Assembly: GCA_034780895.1 (NCBI GenBank)
Contig: JAUZTB010000075.1
Coordinates: forward strand, 4,936,523-5,000,522
Source: Rhynchobatus australiae
Taxonomy: Eukaryota
Direction: 5' to 3'
DNA: 64,000 bases
In this document: in pieces, positions 37,046-49,942 of the stretch
How the letters are laid out: every line of letters starts with the position of its first letter
How positions within the stretch are numbered: the stretch's first letter is position 1
Notes under the pieces: generated by a model
What the model was told of the DNA's origin: nothing
Databases searched by the model: none
What the model saw: the letters and a program-made list of their open reading frames with translations, nothing else
Program-made: the position numbers and the translations under genes

Positions 37046-37192
37046 GTTTGAGGAGTTTCTGCAGAGGAAGTGGTCATCTGAGAAACGTTTTGGTTTGGAA
37101 GGCTGCGAAGTATTGATTCCAGCACTGAAGACCATCATTGACAAATCCAGTGAAAATGGTATTGAGAACATCATTATGGGCATGCCTCACAG
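37046..37192 (+). CDS. OGDH: OGDH exon 7 equivalent (147 nt): [48 protein letters not shown](R)
   Basis: tctcaaag|G...CACAG|gtaatg; lies inside ORF 37008..37196. Confidence 0.96.
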
Positions 37193-38028
37193 GTAATGCG
37201 AATGTGTGGCTGGGAAGTGTGTGTTCCTGTTGGGAAATGGTCTTCTGTCTTGGGGAGAAAAACCTCAAGCTTATTTTTTCTACATCTCTGTTACTTATCT
37301 GTCTGGTTTATTACCTCCAGTCTGTTAGGTAGCTACTTGACACAGTTATCATCAGCTTTGGAAATCTCCTCTTGCCTTTTCTCATCTAAATCCATCTATC
37401 CTCTAGTTCTTTCTCCCTCGCACTTGTTCAGCCTCCCCTGCACTGCCTCTGCCACTTCATGTGGTACCAGTGTTTAAGGTAAAGATATTTCTTCCAAATT
37501 CCATATGTGATATGTTGGTGACTGTCTGCCATTGATGGCCACTAAGGTAGTACTGGAGCCTCAGAGCTCCAGCAACCAGGGTTCCATCCTGACCACTGGT
37601 GCTGCAGGACTGGAGCTTGCAAGTTCTTTCTGTGATTGCTTGTCAATTGTTCTTGCAGTCAATTGGAGCTATGCAGCTAAAGCTCAATAACTTGAACACA
37701 AAATAGATTGATAAAACAGTTGTCAAAAAGTGTCTGGGTCCAATTGGTTTTAAGTGACTGTCAAATTTTGGGAGAAAATTCATGTGTCAAAGGCATCTTC
37801 CAATGTTTGTATTTAAATGAATGGATTACCCTTGTCCCTCTTCAGATAAGTTTGCAATCTTTTATCAAACTTGGCTATGATGTGATTTCTGTGAATAAAA
37901 TAGGTTATAACCCCAAATATTGTACATAGGATAAAACTAGCCAATAGTGTTTGTCATTGTGTGACCTTCATTGTGGATATTAGATTTTGCCTGTGGTTCT
38001 TACTGCTCGTCACACAGATCTTGATTAG

Positions 38029-38250
<222 letters not shown>

Positions 38251-38523
38251 TGACTTGTTTTTATCTGTTCTATTATTGGAATAAGTTCTTTACAAGTGCC
38301 ATCATTACCTTTTAACATTNNNNNNNNNNNNNNNNNNNTACAAGGAATCTATTGGGAGAGTTTTCCCTGCCCACCAGTCTTGATGAATTTGTAAGACTGC
38401 TGCAGGATCATGTGGACAAATTACTGAGCAGCCCATTGAGCAAAATGTTAATGAACCTGGGTATTTACCAAAGCTCAGTGTTGCCAGTACATGATTATAT
38501 CTCGTGCTGTTCTGTATGCACAG

Positions 38524-38764
38524 GGTACTGGTGATGTGAAGTACCATTTAGGTATGTACCACCGGAGGATCAACCGTGTATCAAACAGGAACATAACCCT
38601 TTCACTCGTGGCTAACCCATCCCATCTGNNNNNNNNNNGCACTGCACAGGTCAGCACGTTCCAGCCTTCTCACTAACCCATCCCATCTGGAAGCTGTAGA
38701 TCCTGTGGTTCAAGGAAAGACCAAAGCAGAACAGTTTTACCTCAGTGACACAGAAGGAAAGAAG
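38524..38764 (+). CDS. OGDH: OGDH exon 9 equivalent (180 coding nt = 38524-38628 + 38690-38764; 61 extra nt including a 10-N gap as assembled): [60 protein letters not shown]
   Basis: gcacag|GGT...AAGAAG|gtaaag. Removing 38629-38689 restores a 60-codon exon. Confidence 0.9.
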
Positions 38765-39848
38765 GTAAAGCTTCGAACTACCAACTGGTGTATCACTGTT
38801 ATTTTACAACTAGTTGCATTGCTGAAAATAAATGGGCATGTTCTTTGAGAGAGCATATTGATTGGTGTGATGTGGAATGTAAAACGATGCATCTCTTGTG
38901 CAGCAGGGGTTGGGACTGGGGAATATTGACTGGATCACAGCAGAACTATACATACCCTGAGAGATCTTATAGGATATATTGTTATCTTTTTGATGAGCCC
39001 CTTATTTTCCTTTTAAGCAATATTTATTTCTTCTGTCTTATTCAAAGATGAATTCTAATTATTTATTGTAGGAAGCGTGATCATGTCTTGCTCGTTTGTG
39101 TGAAGCTGTGTTCACTGCTGCTACCTCTTTCTATTTGGGACAGAGATTTTTCTATGACTATGTGGCCCTGAATGAAGGACACAATATTCCAATGCTGCAC
39201 TTTAGCTAATATCTACTTATAGAAAGTCTGTCTGGTTTAATTGTGTCTTCAGCCAAGGTGAATACAGTATGTTGTCTGAAGCAGTAAAAATTGTTTTGTC
39301 TGATAACTCTGGCACGTTGTTGGATCTTCAATATCCAACTTGATTAACATTTCTTTATCTTAACCCAGCAGTGATTGGGAATACATATTGTAGTCTCACT
39401 TTATTTCACCTCTTGGAGAGGGGGGTGAGGGAGAGGGGATGGAATTCCATGAACGTTAAGTGTGTGCTTCACAAAACTGCAAGATACCAAAAATCTTCAC
39501 ATTTGTTTCAACTGTTATGAATACAATGAGAAATGGTATTTTTGTCAACTGAGCTTGCTTTTCTCAAGATCTTGCAATAAGTTCTGTTGAGTAGCTACAT
39601 CCAAGCCAGCAGTCTTTTAAAGAGATAACTACCCTTTCTTCCCCCCTTGGGAAACATTTATAATATCTACTGACATTCCATGCAATTTGTGGTACAGATC
39701 CTAATGGTGCAAGGATAAATTGTTCTCCCACATTCAGTATCCCTTGTATTGACCCTGTGTAAAGTGAATCTGAAGAAACCAAAACTGTAATTGGTTCATT
39801 AAGAATCAAGGATGGAACAGATTAAATCTTGATGTGTGATTGTTGCAG

Positions 39849-39977
39849 GTGATGTCAATTCTCTTGCACGGTGATGCAGCATTTGCAGGCCAGGGAATTG
39901 TCTACGAAACCTTCCACTTGAGTGACCTCCCATCATACACCACCCACGGAACAATTCACGTAGTGGTAAACAACCAG
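39849..39977 (+). CDS. OGDH: OGDH exon 10 equivalent (129 nt; ThDP/Mg-binding motif): [43 protein letters not shown]
   Basis: gttgcag|GTG...AACCAG|gtacgg. Confidence 0.96.
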
Positions 39978-40509
39978 GTACGGTAATGGCTGAGTGGATT
40001 GCGTGCTCTTTGATTGTCTCTAACCAAATTATCTCCTGGTGGAGGTGGAAACTAATTACCTTGCCTTTAAAGAAGCTGAAATCATAAATTAGAATTTGCA
40101 AGGAACTTTTGAATAAAAATCTTAGATAAAATCTGCAGCTAACTTCAGCTGTAAAGAAAATTAGAGAATGGAGATGTGTTGAATGGTTTGCAGCAGCAGA
40201 AGGGCAACGTCCCAGGCCTTCCAAGGAAGCTGACATTGAAATGTGGTCAGGCACTCTCCAAGATAATACTGCTGGGGAAAATAATAGTGTTAAAAAGCAA
40301 CAAGTACTCAGAATCTTGTTGCTTCCACTCTGAACTTCAAGGAGTTTCAAAAATTGAAGCTGTAGCTACTCTGAAGCATTGTAAATGTCTCCAGTACAAT
40401 TTTTCAAAGTTTTCTCACATTACTTTTATTTTAGAAAGGCAAGATGGGAAAACCAGAGACTTAATGAGCAGTTAGCTTGATGTGTTACTTGCAAATTATT
40501 GTTGTAATT

Positions 40510-42500
40510 ATGAATAATGACACTTTCATTTAATCAGAGATGCAACATAGATGGCTTGTGCCTCATGACCCTGATTATTCTGTTTTAAGTGAATTGGGGG
40601 GGGATGTCCATGGACTTATTTATATAGACTTGGCCCAAAGGCACTTAATAAAGTACTTTGTAAGAGCTACTAGCTCGGCTTGTGAAATGGAAGGCAAATT
40701 ATTGATTTGGATGGGAAAGTAACTGAGAGGCAAGGGGCAAGAGTAGAAATAACAGACAGGTATTCAGATTGGTAAGTTATGACCTATGGTTCACTGTATT
40801 TACTATGAAAGCAACTTATCCAAATTTGCCAATGGAACAAATATGGGCAGTATTACAAGCAAATTGTTGAAAGCTGACCCAGAATTTAACATCAATATTT
40901 GAACAACAGCACTTCCCACTGACTGACAAATAAAAATTCTCCAGTGATCTCTATACCAAAAAGCATCTCATTTTATATTGCCCCCTTCCCTCAGGCATCA
41001 GTTCAAAGGGGCTCCCTGTGTCAGGCAGCTGTACATTCACCAAGCTGGTCATTCAGTTAATCACTTGAAATCTCGCATTGGAAGCCATAATGTAATATTT
41101 AATTGATTTTTTAAATATTAGCCAGTGTGCTAAATTGAAGTGTAAACATTTGATTAAAATAGCTGAAATATAAATTTATTAAGATGGTTAAAATAGTGTC
41201 CATAGAACAGTACAGCACAGAAAACAGGCCATTCAGCCCTTCTAGTCTGTGCCAAAACGTTATTCCGCTTGTCCCATTTACCTGCACCCAGTCCATAACC
41301 CTCCAGACCTCTCCCGTCCATGTATCTATCCAATTTATTCTTAAAACNNNNNNNNNNNNNNNNNNNNNNNNNNNNNNNNNNNNNNNNNNNNNNNNNNNNN
41401 NNNNNNNNNNNNNNNNNNNNNNNNNNNNNNNNNNNNNNNNNNNNNNNGATAGTCTTAGGCGAGGTTTAAAGGTCGGCACAACATTGTGGGCCAAAGGGCC
41501 TGTATTGTGCTGTACTGTTCTATGATTCCATGATTAAGATGGATAAGGTTACAAATAGCACAGCTATCTATTCTGTACTCCCTCCAAAGTCAATATATGG
41601 TGTGGTGCCAAGACCTGCTTGTTGAACTCCAGCTCTGATCTAGGCCCGAGCTTTATACAACTTCTCTATCCTTCCCGATCTATGCATTGCTGTTGGGTAG
41701 GTGGAGTGATGATGTGTCACCATTCACTTTGCCAATGATACTTCTGCAAAATCTGGACCTGTAAATTACAAAATAATACGAATCAATTAATGAAAGGGTA
41801 AAACTGGCAAATGGATTTCAGTGTAGTAAAATTATTTCATACACCTTGATCCTAAAAGGATAGAACAGAGTATATTTAAATGATGAAAATCAAGAAACAG
41901 AAGGTGTTTCTTGAAATAACACAGATCATTAAATTATTACAGGTGGGCTTAGAAAATCAGGAAGTTTAATGGAAGGTTGGCATTTGTAAAAGAATATAAG
42001 CGTTGACATTAGGAATATAAAAGTTGTATTACGCCTAAACAAAGTTCGGAGCTAGATCTGACCTGCAGTACGACAAGCAGTTCTTGGCCCCACACCTTGT
42101 AATGACTTTGGAGGGAGGGAAGAATAGATTTACCTGGACTCCAGATTTAAGTATGAGGAGAGATTACACAAACAGATTGCGCTCCTTGAAATGTAAAAGG
42201 TTCAAGGGTAATCTGATCAGCACTCTAATCGTTTAAGGGAAAGTAAGAATGCATAACAAGGCAATTTATTGCTGTTGGATGGATAAACTAAGCAGAAGAA
42301 ATTTTTTTTAAAAATTCCTCCTACAAATGGCAATTTTTACAATGTTAATTTTGTATCAAAGCTTGGAAGATTTTTGTTTACCAAAGGATTAAGGAATGTG
42401 GAGCGGGGTGGTGGGCATGTGGAGTTCGGTTACAGCTTAGCTATGTCCTCACTGGTAAAACAGGCTTAAGTGGCTGCATGCCCTACTTCTGCTCCTACGT
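40510..42500 (+). mobile_element. Decayed CR1 fragments, with an inverted pair of young CR1 3' ends at 41200-41530
   Basis: RT-like LIYIDL (ORF 40540), ccaaatttgccaatggaacaaa (KFADDTK-like), and a C-terminal remnant at 41790-42500. Confidence 0.65.
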
Positions 42501-42576
42501 ATAGAGGAATAAAAACGTCTTGGGACAACAGTGTATTATTAGGTGTTGTAACATGTGCTTTGGATTATTATTTTAG

Positions 42577-42765
<189 letters not shown>

Positions 42766-43757
42766 TGATCATTCAGTGGGTTAGCAATTTTTCTGGCTCT
42801 TCACGTGTTTGATCACACGAGCAGAAACTTATAGCTAAACTCCATTTTTTGTTCGGGTTGTTGTAGAAAATTTATGCCACGGGGCAAGTATCTCTCAACT
42901 ACAAAAGATGGTTTAGTAGTTTTGCTGCTCAAACATAGTAAGAAAGGAGTACAAAAATTCTTTTGAACAAGCCAATCCAGCATTGAGACAAAAGTGGTTG
43001 TTTTAGGAAACTGGTAGCTACAGAACTATANNNNNNNNNNNNNNNCCTCTCCAAGATAATTACCCGTATGGGTGGCTTACGTTACTTTGGTAATGTGTGA
43101 AACTGGGTAGACAAATGTCAGCAGGAATAAGTATTTCTAGAATACACTGAATGAAGTTAGAGAGCCTCCAAGGAGTACTGAACAAAACCAAGAGGAAAAT
43201 AGTATTGTCTCTTCAACAAGAATCGCTCCAAATCAAGACGCACTTGTTCTGTATCTTTTCAGAACACTTTCATTTCAAAAGTATATATTCTCCACCACCT
43301 GTAATCTGACCTTTCTGTTCTCAATAATAAAATAATACTGTACCTAATCATGGTTCAGAGTCCTCAAAGGTATCGTTTAAATGTAACCAAATCCATTCAA
43401 GTTTGTACCTGACAACTATTAACATTATAGAAGACCAAGTAATTCATCTCCATCTATGTGTCTCGTTGATCTATTGTACTTGCAGAGTGCACTCTAAAAT
43501 TCTTTGCTCTAGGCATGGATTGTCACTTGAAAACAACAGTTCACAGACTGCAGAGGTTCTCTGGCACTCTAGCCACAGTGTGTGTGAAAGCTGGCGCAGT
43601 TCTCGAGTAAAGTAATTCTGCCACTGCCACAGTCATCCGCAGGGGGAGGTTAAGAGTGGGAGAATATTGGTGATGTGATGGCAGATATTCAACGCCAAGC
43701 AAATGTGACAGGGATAGTGAATGGAAAGCCTGAGCCCACCTGTTTGTGTATTTAAAG

Positions 43758-43910
43758 GTCTGCTTTCGACGCAATGGGCACAATGAGATGGACGAGCCGA
43801 TGTTCACCCAGCCACTGATGTACAAGCAGATCAAGAAGCAGAAGCCTGTGCTGAAGAAGTATGCAGAGAAACTGACGTCCGAGGGAGTTGTGAGTCAGCA
43901 GGAGTTTGAG
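43758..43910 (+). CDS. OGDH: OGDH exon 12 equivalent (153 nt): [51 protein letters not shown]
   Basis: tttaaag|GTC...TTTGAG|gtttga. Confidence 0.95.
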
Positions 43911-45544
43911 GTTTGAAGTTAAATTTTTCAATCTTGATGCGATGGACTGGTTATTATTAATTAACCGATAATCCAGAGAATGAATGTTCAAATCCCCACC
44001 TCCTCCTCCTCAAGCAGTCTGAGAACTTAATTGCCATTTTATTGAAAAAACAAGTCTGGAAATAAACAACTGGCCTCCATAAAAAGTGTCCATGAAACTC
44101 GAGACTGTGGTTGAAAAGCTGCAAAGGCCTAATTGGAAACCTGTCATTTTGCCTGATCCAGCCTGTTGTGACTCTAACCCACACTATTGTTGACTCGTAA
44201 CCGCACTAAACATTTAGCTTATTGCCAAAGAATATCAGCCATACCAATGACACCAAAGAAGAAACGGTACACTTCTGCTTTAAATTCCTTGGACAATATC
44301 TTCACTCAAGTAAAAGTCACCAATATCTTTGCAAATCTGCAAACTTTATCTTTGATATCACTAGCAGAAATTCTGTGCGATGGAAAGTGAGATTGAGAAT
44401 CAGGACACTTGAGAGTCTGGAAGAATAAATCAATGTGTTTAACACCAAAATAGTACTTCCTGACCTTGCGCCATAAATGGCTAAATTAAGAATCTTGTAA
44501 CTTTCAACCCAAGCACCATGGAGTAGCTAGATCACATCATGCAGTGATTCAATAAACCAATTCATTGCCACCCAAGGGAAATCAGAGATGCAGGTTAAGT
44601 GGTAAACCAGTGAGGAAATTAAAATAAGTGTGTTAGCCTCAAAAGTAGCTTTTAGAAAAAGTTGAATATCCCCACTTAAACTTTACTTTCTCAATTGTTA
44701 GATCTGATGAAACTTTAAAATTTTAAACCAATTAAGTTTGAAAAATTGAACAACTTCAAGCTCTTAGCAAGTGTCGTGATTATTTAGTGTTTAAAGGCAT
44801 TTGCCTTTGCAGCAAATCAACCCCAATCTTCCACACACTTAACTAGGCAAAAAGCCAGCCTTGCACTCCCAGCTTGGTGCTGGCCCTGGCACACCTGTGC
44901 CCACCCAGCACCTGCACACACCTGAGCCTGTACCAGCTTAGCTCATGCAAGTCCATAGGCCCATTGGAATCAGTGAAAATCAATATCTGCAGATGGTGAA
45001 AATCTAAATAACAAACAGAAAATGATGGAAACGCGCTGCAGGTTGGGCGGCATCTATGGGCTGAGGATGGATCGGGTCCAATTTCCTTCATTAGAAGTCA
45101 CAAAGGGTCTTGGAGCTGAAACGTTAACCACAAATGTTGACTGATCTGAATGTTTGCAGTATTCTCTGCTATTTAAATCAATGAGATGGAACAAATTGAT
45201 TTTCATTGGATTTAAGTCATTTTCAGTTGTTAATTTGGTGCATTTTAATAGCATTTTTATTTTACTATAGTGCTTGTCATTCACAACCATTCAGTTTAAA
45301 CAGCTTTGACACCAGTGAGCTGGCTGTTCTGGGGGTGTAACCTGACACTTGCACTCAGAGGGTCACTGTGCCATGCTTCAGCTCCCGGCAGAAGGCAGCA
45401 TTTGAGAGCATGCTGCAAGAAAGAGCATCCTCCAAGGGCAGATGACTGGTGAACTTGGGTGGCTAACTGGTCAGATGACCCCGCCTCCAAGATTCTGATG
45501 AAGACAAAGAAGCACAATGATAGTATCAAATATTTTGAAGCAAA

Positions 45545-48235
45545 ATTTACTTAAGCCAAAAGAAAATCATTGGGAAGGCATGGATTAATCAAGGACAGTG
45601 CATGGATTTCTTAATGGAAAATCATGTCTACCTATTTTCAAGTCTAAAGTCTTATAGATTATGACATTTTGGCTCCTTATTCAAGTACTTTTAAAAATAA
45701 TTAGTCCCGTGTTTTAGACCCCATCACTGCACATGGGAACAAAAAGATTCCTCAACTCCCCTCTAATTCTTCTAAATGTTTTAAATCTGTGTCTTCTGAT
45801 TGTTGTTTCTTTCGGCAGAGAAATCAGGCCCTTCCTATCCAAGTTACAGAGGTCTGTCTTAATTTTATACACTTCGTTTTCAACCAAAAGTGCCGAGTGG
45901 GTGGTTGGTCTCTGAATCCTCTTGAGGACCTGCCAGAAGCCAGTCATCAGCCTGTTCAATCACTCCACATGAAATTAAGAAATGGCTGAGCGCACTGTAA
46001 AATGCAAAGGCTAAGGGAACGGACAACATTCCATACACAGTGCTGTAGATGTGCCCCAGAAGTAGTAGCACTTCCAGTACAGTTATCTGCCATTTCTTTG
46101 TTTCCTCTTAATAATTCACCAGCCTCATTCTCTTAGGCTCCCATACTTACCTTAGCTGTCTCCTTCCTATTTGCATAACCATAGAAATTATTACTGTTTT
46201 GATATTACACACAAATATTTTCTCAAAATCAAATGTTCTCCCTTTTGAACTTCTTAGTCTTACACTGCCGGCTCCTTAAAAACTTCTCCATCCTCTGGCC
46301 CACCACCAGCCCCTGCCATTTTGTATGCCTACTTTTCAATTTAACATTATCCTTGACCTCTTGTTAACCACAGGTTATGGAATCCTTTCTAACTGGGATA
46401 AATTCCTGCTGAGTATTATGGACCTGCTGCCATATCTGCCACTTTTCATCTACTAATCTGCCTCTTAGTTTAAGCAGTCCACTTAGGACAACTCCACCTT
46501 CAGACCATTGTAATTGTCCTTATTTAAGTCAAAGGCAATGGTTTTGGTCCTGTGGTGTTCACCCTCCACTGCATTTGGTATTCTATCATAAGTGTGGTCA
46601 CTATCTCCTAGTCTATCTTTAATCACTTATAGATCTTCTGTACTAAGAATAATTTACAGTATCCAGTTAACCTACCAACCAGTGTGTCTTTGGAATGTGG
46701 GAGGAGATGAAGGCCCCTGAGGGTAGCCCACACAGTCACAGAGAAAACACACAAGCTCCACGCAGGTAGCATTGGAGGTCGGGATTGAACCCAAGTTGCT
46801 GGAGCTGTTAGGCACCAGCACTACCTGCTTCACCATTGTGTCACCCCCTACAAGCAATGTCAGAAGCATGGTGAATACTCTCCTCTTACCTGGATGAGTG
46901 CATCTCTAACAACACCTGGGAAGCTCAGCACCATCCAGGATAAAGTAGGCCACTTGATTGACATTATTCCTACCACTGCCAGTACAGCATGGCTGCAATA
47001 TGTCTATCAACAAAATTGACTTCAGTTACTCAACTAGGCTTCAACAATGGCCCCTTCCAATCCATGACCTCCACACTTAGAAGAACAAAGGTTGCAAGTA
47101 TATGGGAATGCACTGTCTGTGGATTCCTCCAAGTTGCACGCTATCCTGGTTTGGGAATATATCACCCTTCCTTTATTGTCACAGTATCTAGAAACTCCCT
47201 CAACAAAACTGAGGGGGTATTTTACCAGAAAGACTGTAGTAGTTCAAAAAGACAGCTCACAATCATCTGAGCAATAAATGTCAACAAGCAAAAAAAAAGA
47301 ATGCAAGTGGTTTATTAAAAGGAATGGAATCCTACTAAACTTGGGATACAAGGTGTATGTGATGGAAAAAGGTCAGTGGTGGATGCAACACACACAAAAT
47401 GCTGGAGGAACTCAGCAGGCCAGGCACCATCTATGGACAGAAATAAACAGTCGACGTTTTGGATCGAGACTGTTTTCAGACTGGGAGATGGTTTGCAAAT
47501 ATGTTTCCCAGGGATAGGCCTTGGCTTTTCATTAATTATGAATAACCCAGACTTGGGTATAAAGTTGGCAAGTGATATGAAACCTGACAATGCAGTGAAT
47601 ATTGGTTACTGGCTGAATTTTGAAACTATCCAGAAACACAGTAACATGTAGAAATCCGTGCTCCTTAGTAAGACTGCTGTGCAATGGCAGTGTAATATAA
47701 ATGCCACGATCCTGAAAAGTGAGAATGAGCAGAGAATTGGCATCCACACATACAAATGTTTAAAGATGTCAGAGCACTTCAGTTAAAAATAGAATATAAA
47801 AGTAGAGCTCGTGTTGCATTGTCGTAAATCACTCGCCTGGAGACCTGTAATTTTCTGGAAATTTACTAGAGGTGAGGAAAGGTTGGAAAAGCTTGGGCTA
47901 CCCCGGAGCAAAGAGGGTTAACATGTAACTGAACAGAGTTTTCGAAGTGACCAGAGTTGCTGAAAAAGAACTATTCCCACCAGCAAGTGGACCTATGTCA
48001 TTACCGTATCTAGACAGGAAGCTGAGGATTTTTTTAAAATGCATTGTTGGGTTTTGGAGGCTCTACCTGCAGCAATAAAGTCAATTGATTCCATAAATAG
48101 AATTGGACAGTATTGAGAATGAAGAACTTAATGGGTTGTGGACTAAAGACAGGAACTTGTAAGTTCTTCTGGTATTCGAGAAACTAGCATCTACACACAG
48201 CCAAATGGCCTGCTTCTGTGCTCTGAGTTTCTGCA
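45545..48235. mobile_element. Mixed decayed CR1, SINE, LINE-tail and Penelope fragments
   Basis: ORF 45714(-) TTIRRHRFK...RGELRNLF; ORF 47376 KLASDMK; V-SINE at 46645-46848; Penelope repeat at 47380-47485. Confidence 0.6.
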
Positions 48236-48337
48236 AGTCTATCATCACCGCTATCTCAGCGTGTATACTGCAGTAAATTGGTACTTGCTATATTTGTTAC
48301 TTCTGAATATATTTTTCTTTTGCTTCTTGGTGTCTAG

Positions 48338-48440
48338 GAGGAGATGGCCAAATACGATAAGATTTGTGAGGAAGCATATACTCGATCCAAAGATGAGAAA
48401 ATCATGCACATTAAACACTGGCTAGACTCCCCATGGCCTG
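48338..48440 (+). CDS. OGDH: OGDH exon 13 equivalent (103 nt): [34 protein letters not shown](G)
   Basis: gtctag|GAG...CCTG|gtatgt. Confidence 0.96.
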
Positions 48441-48909
48441 GTATGTACTTGAGTGGGCAAAGCCAGGTCTTCAAAGCTCTCTCTTTGATTTAATTTGACA
48501 AACATACAATATAAAGATCTAAACTAGAGCATAACTCCAACTGGCAGTGCTGTATAGAAAGGACTGAAGTGTCTGCTCTATCATTCTACAGGCAAAGATC
48601 ATTTTGTATCCTTCCTGTTTGGATCTACTTAACATGATTGGGAGGAAGTTTGCTTGGTGATGGGGAAGGCTTAGAGTGCTGGTATTTGATTATTTCATGT
48701 TGGGTAGCTGGTGATTATTGTACTCGTTTGGACTTCATGTTTCTATAGAACGGACTCTATATAGACCAGTTCCCAGATATCCTTGGATCCCTTCTGTAAC
48801 TACTGAGAGCTTCTGAACTCTGCATTTGCAGAAGGCAAGCTACCCACGTAATCCCAAGCGTGTTCGATAATACAATTGGGTGTCTGATGCTGATTCTCAA
48901 TTCTGTGTG

Positions 48910-49580
48910 TGGCAGACTCATTCATTGGCACTGATTCATGTGCCCTATGTGTAATGTACTTGCATTGCTTCACATCCCCCATAGGAAATGCACTATTGCA
49001 AGCCTCTGGTATGTAACACACCCACTCACCGATTCTCAGCATCTTTGCTTAACACACTCATGTTTCACATCCCCAGCATGTAACTCACTACTGCCTAGTC
49101 ATGCGTTCCTNNNNNNNNNNNNNNNNNNNNNNNNNNNNNNNNNNNNNNNNNNNNNNNNNNNNNNNNNNNNNNNNNNNNNNNNNNNNNNNNNNNNNNNNNN
49201 NNNNNNNNNNACTGGTTCATGTTCCCTATATTTAATACCCTCATTGGCATTGATGTACACCCCCTGTGCTTATTGCAGTCTCTGCCATTAATTCACATCC
49301 CCTATGTATAATGCACTTGCTGGTACTAATTCACACCTGTGGGTAACACTCTTGTGTCAGCACTGATTCACTTCTTTGTGCAGTGCACTCACTGAAACTG
49401 ATTAATGCCCATGTGTGACATTCTCGCTGGCACTTACCCACCCCTTCCCCTTTATATAACACACTGTGTGATGTACACTTGTGCCTTTTCACATCTCTTG
49501 TGTGTAATATACTCACTAACATCCTCTATATATAAAAACACTCATGCAAGTTCATGTTCCCTCGTGTAACAAAGTGCACT
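48910..49580. repeat. Degenerate minisatellite, unit about 35-38 bp, approximate consensus ACTGATTCACATCCCCTGTGTGTAACACACTCACTGGC
   Basis: Recurring units, e.g. actgattcatgtgccctatgtgtaatgtacttgc, actggttcatgttccctatatttaataccctcattggc, attaattcacatcccctatgtataatgcacttgctggt, actgattaatgcccatgtgtgacattctcgctggc. Contains a 100-N gap. Confidence 0.7.
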
Positions 49581-49813
49581 TGCTACAAGAAGCTAAGTAT
49601 TGGCAATAAATATCTTGCAAAGTCCTCATTTCAGTACCAGATGGTAGGAGGAAAAAGACTCACTTTTTTCCAAAGATGAAACAATGAACAAGAAAACCAA
49701 TCACAGCAGTGGCTGGCAATAGTCTATCCATTCGTATGGTCTGTAGGTAAAAGTAGAAAGAGAAGAAAACTGTGTTGTCTTCTTCAAGAATTGATTCATT
49801 GTGTCTCCTCTAG

Positions 49814-49942
49814 GTTTTTTCACTCTCGATGGCCAGCCTAAAAGCATGACCTGTCCTTCTACTGGTCTTAGTGAGGACATGTTGAATCACATTGGAAAAG
49901 TGGCCAGCTCTGTGCCAGTGGAAGACTTCACGATTCATGGAG
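49814..49942 (+). CDS. OGDH: OGDH exon 14 equivalent (129 nt): [42 protein letters not shown](G)
   Basis: cctctag|GT...GGAG|gtaaat. Confidence 0.96.

Noticed and set aside
38524-38764. Calling OGDH a pseudogene because of the apparent frameshift
   Set aside because: The disruption coincides with an N gap; all other exons are open with intact splice sites and catalytic motifs.
48910-49580. CRISPR-like array
   Set aside because: Vertebrate intron, degenerate contiguous units, no unique spacers and no cas genes.
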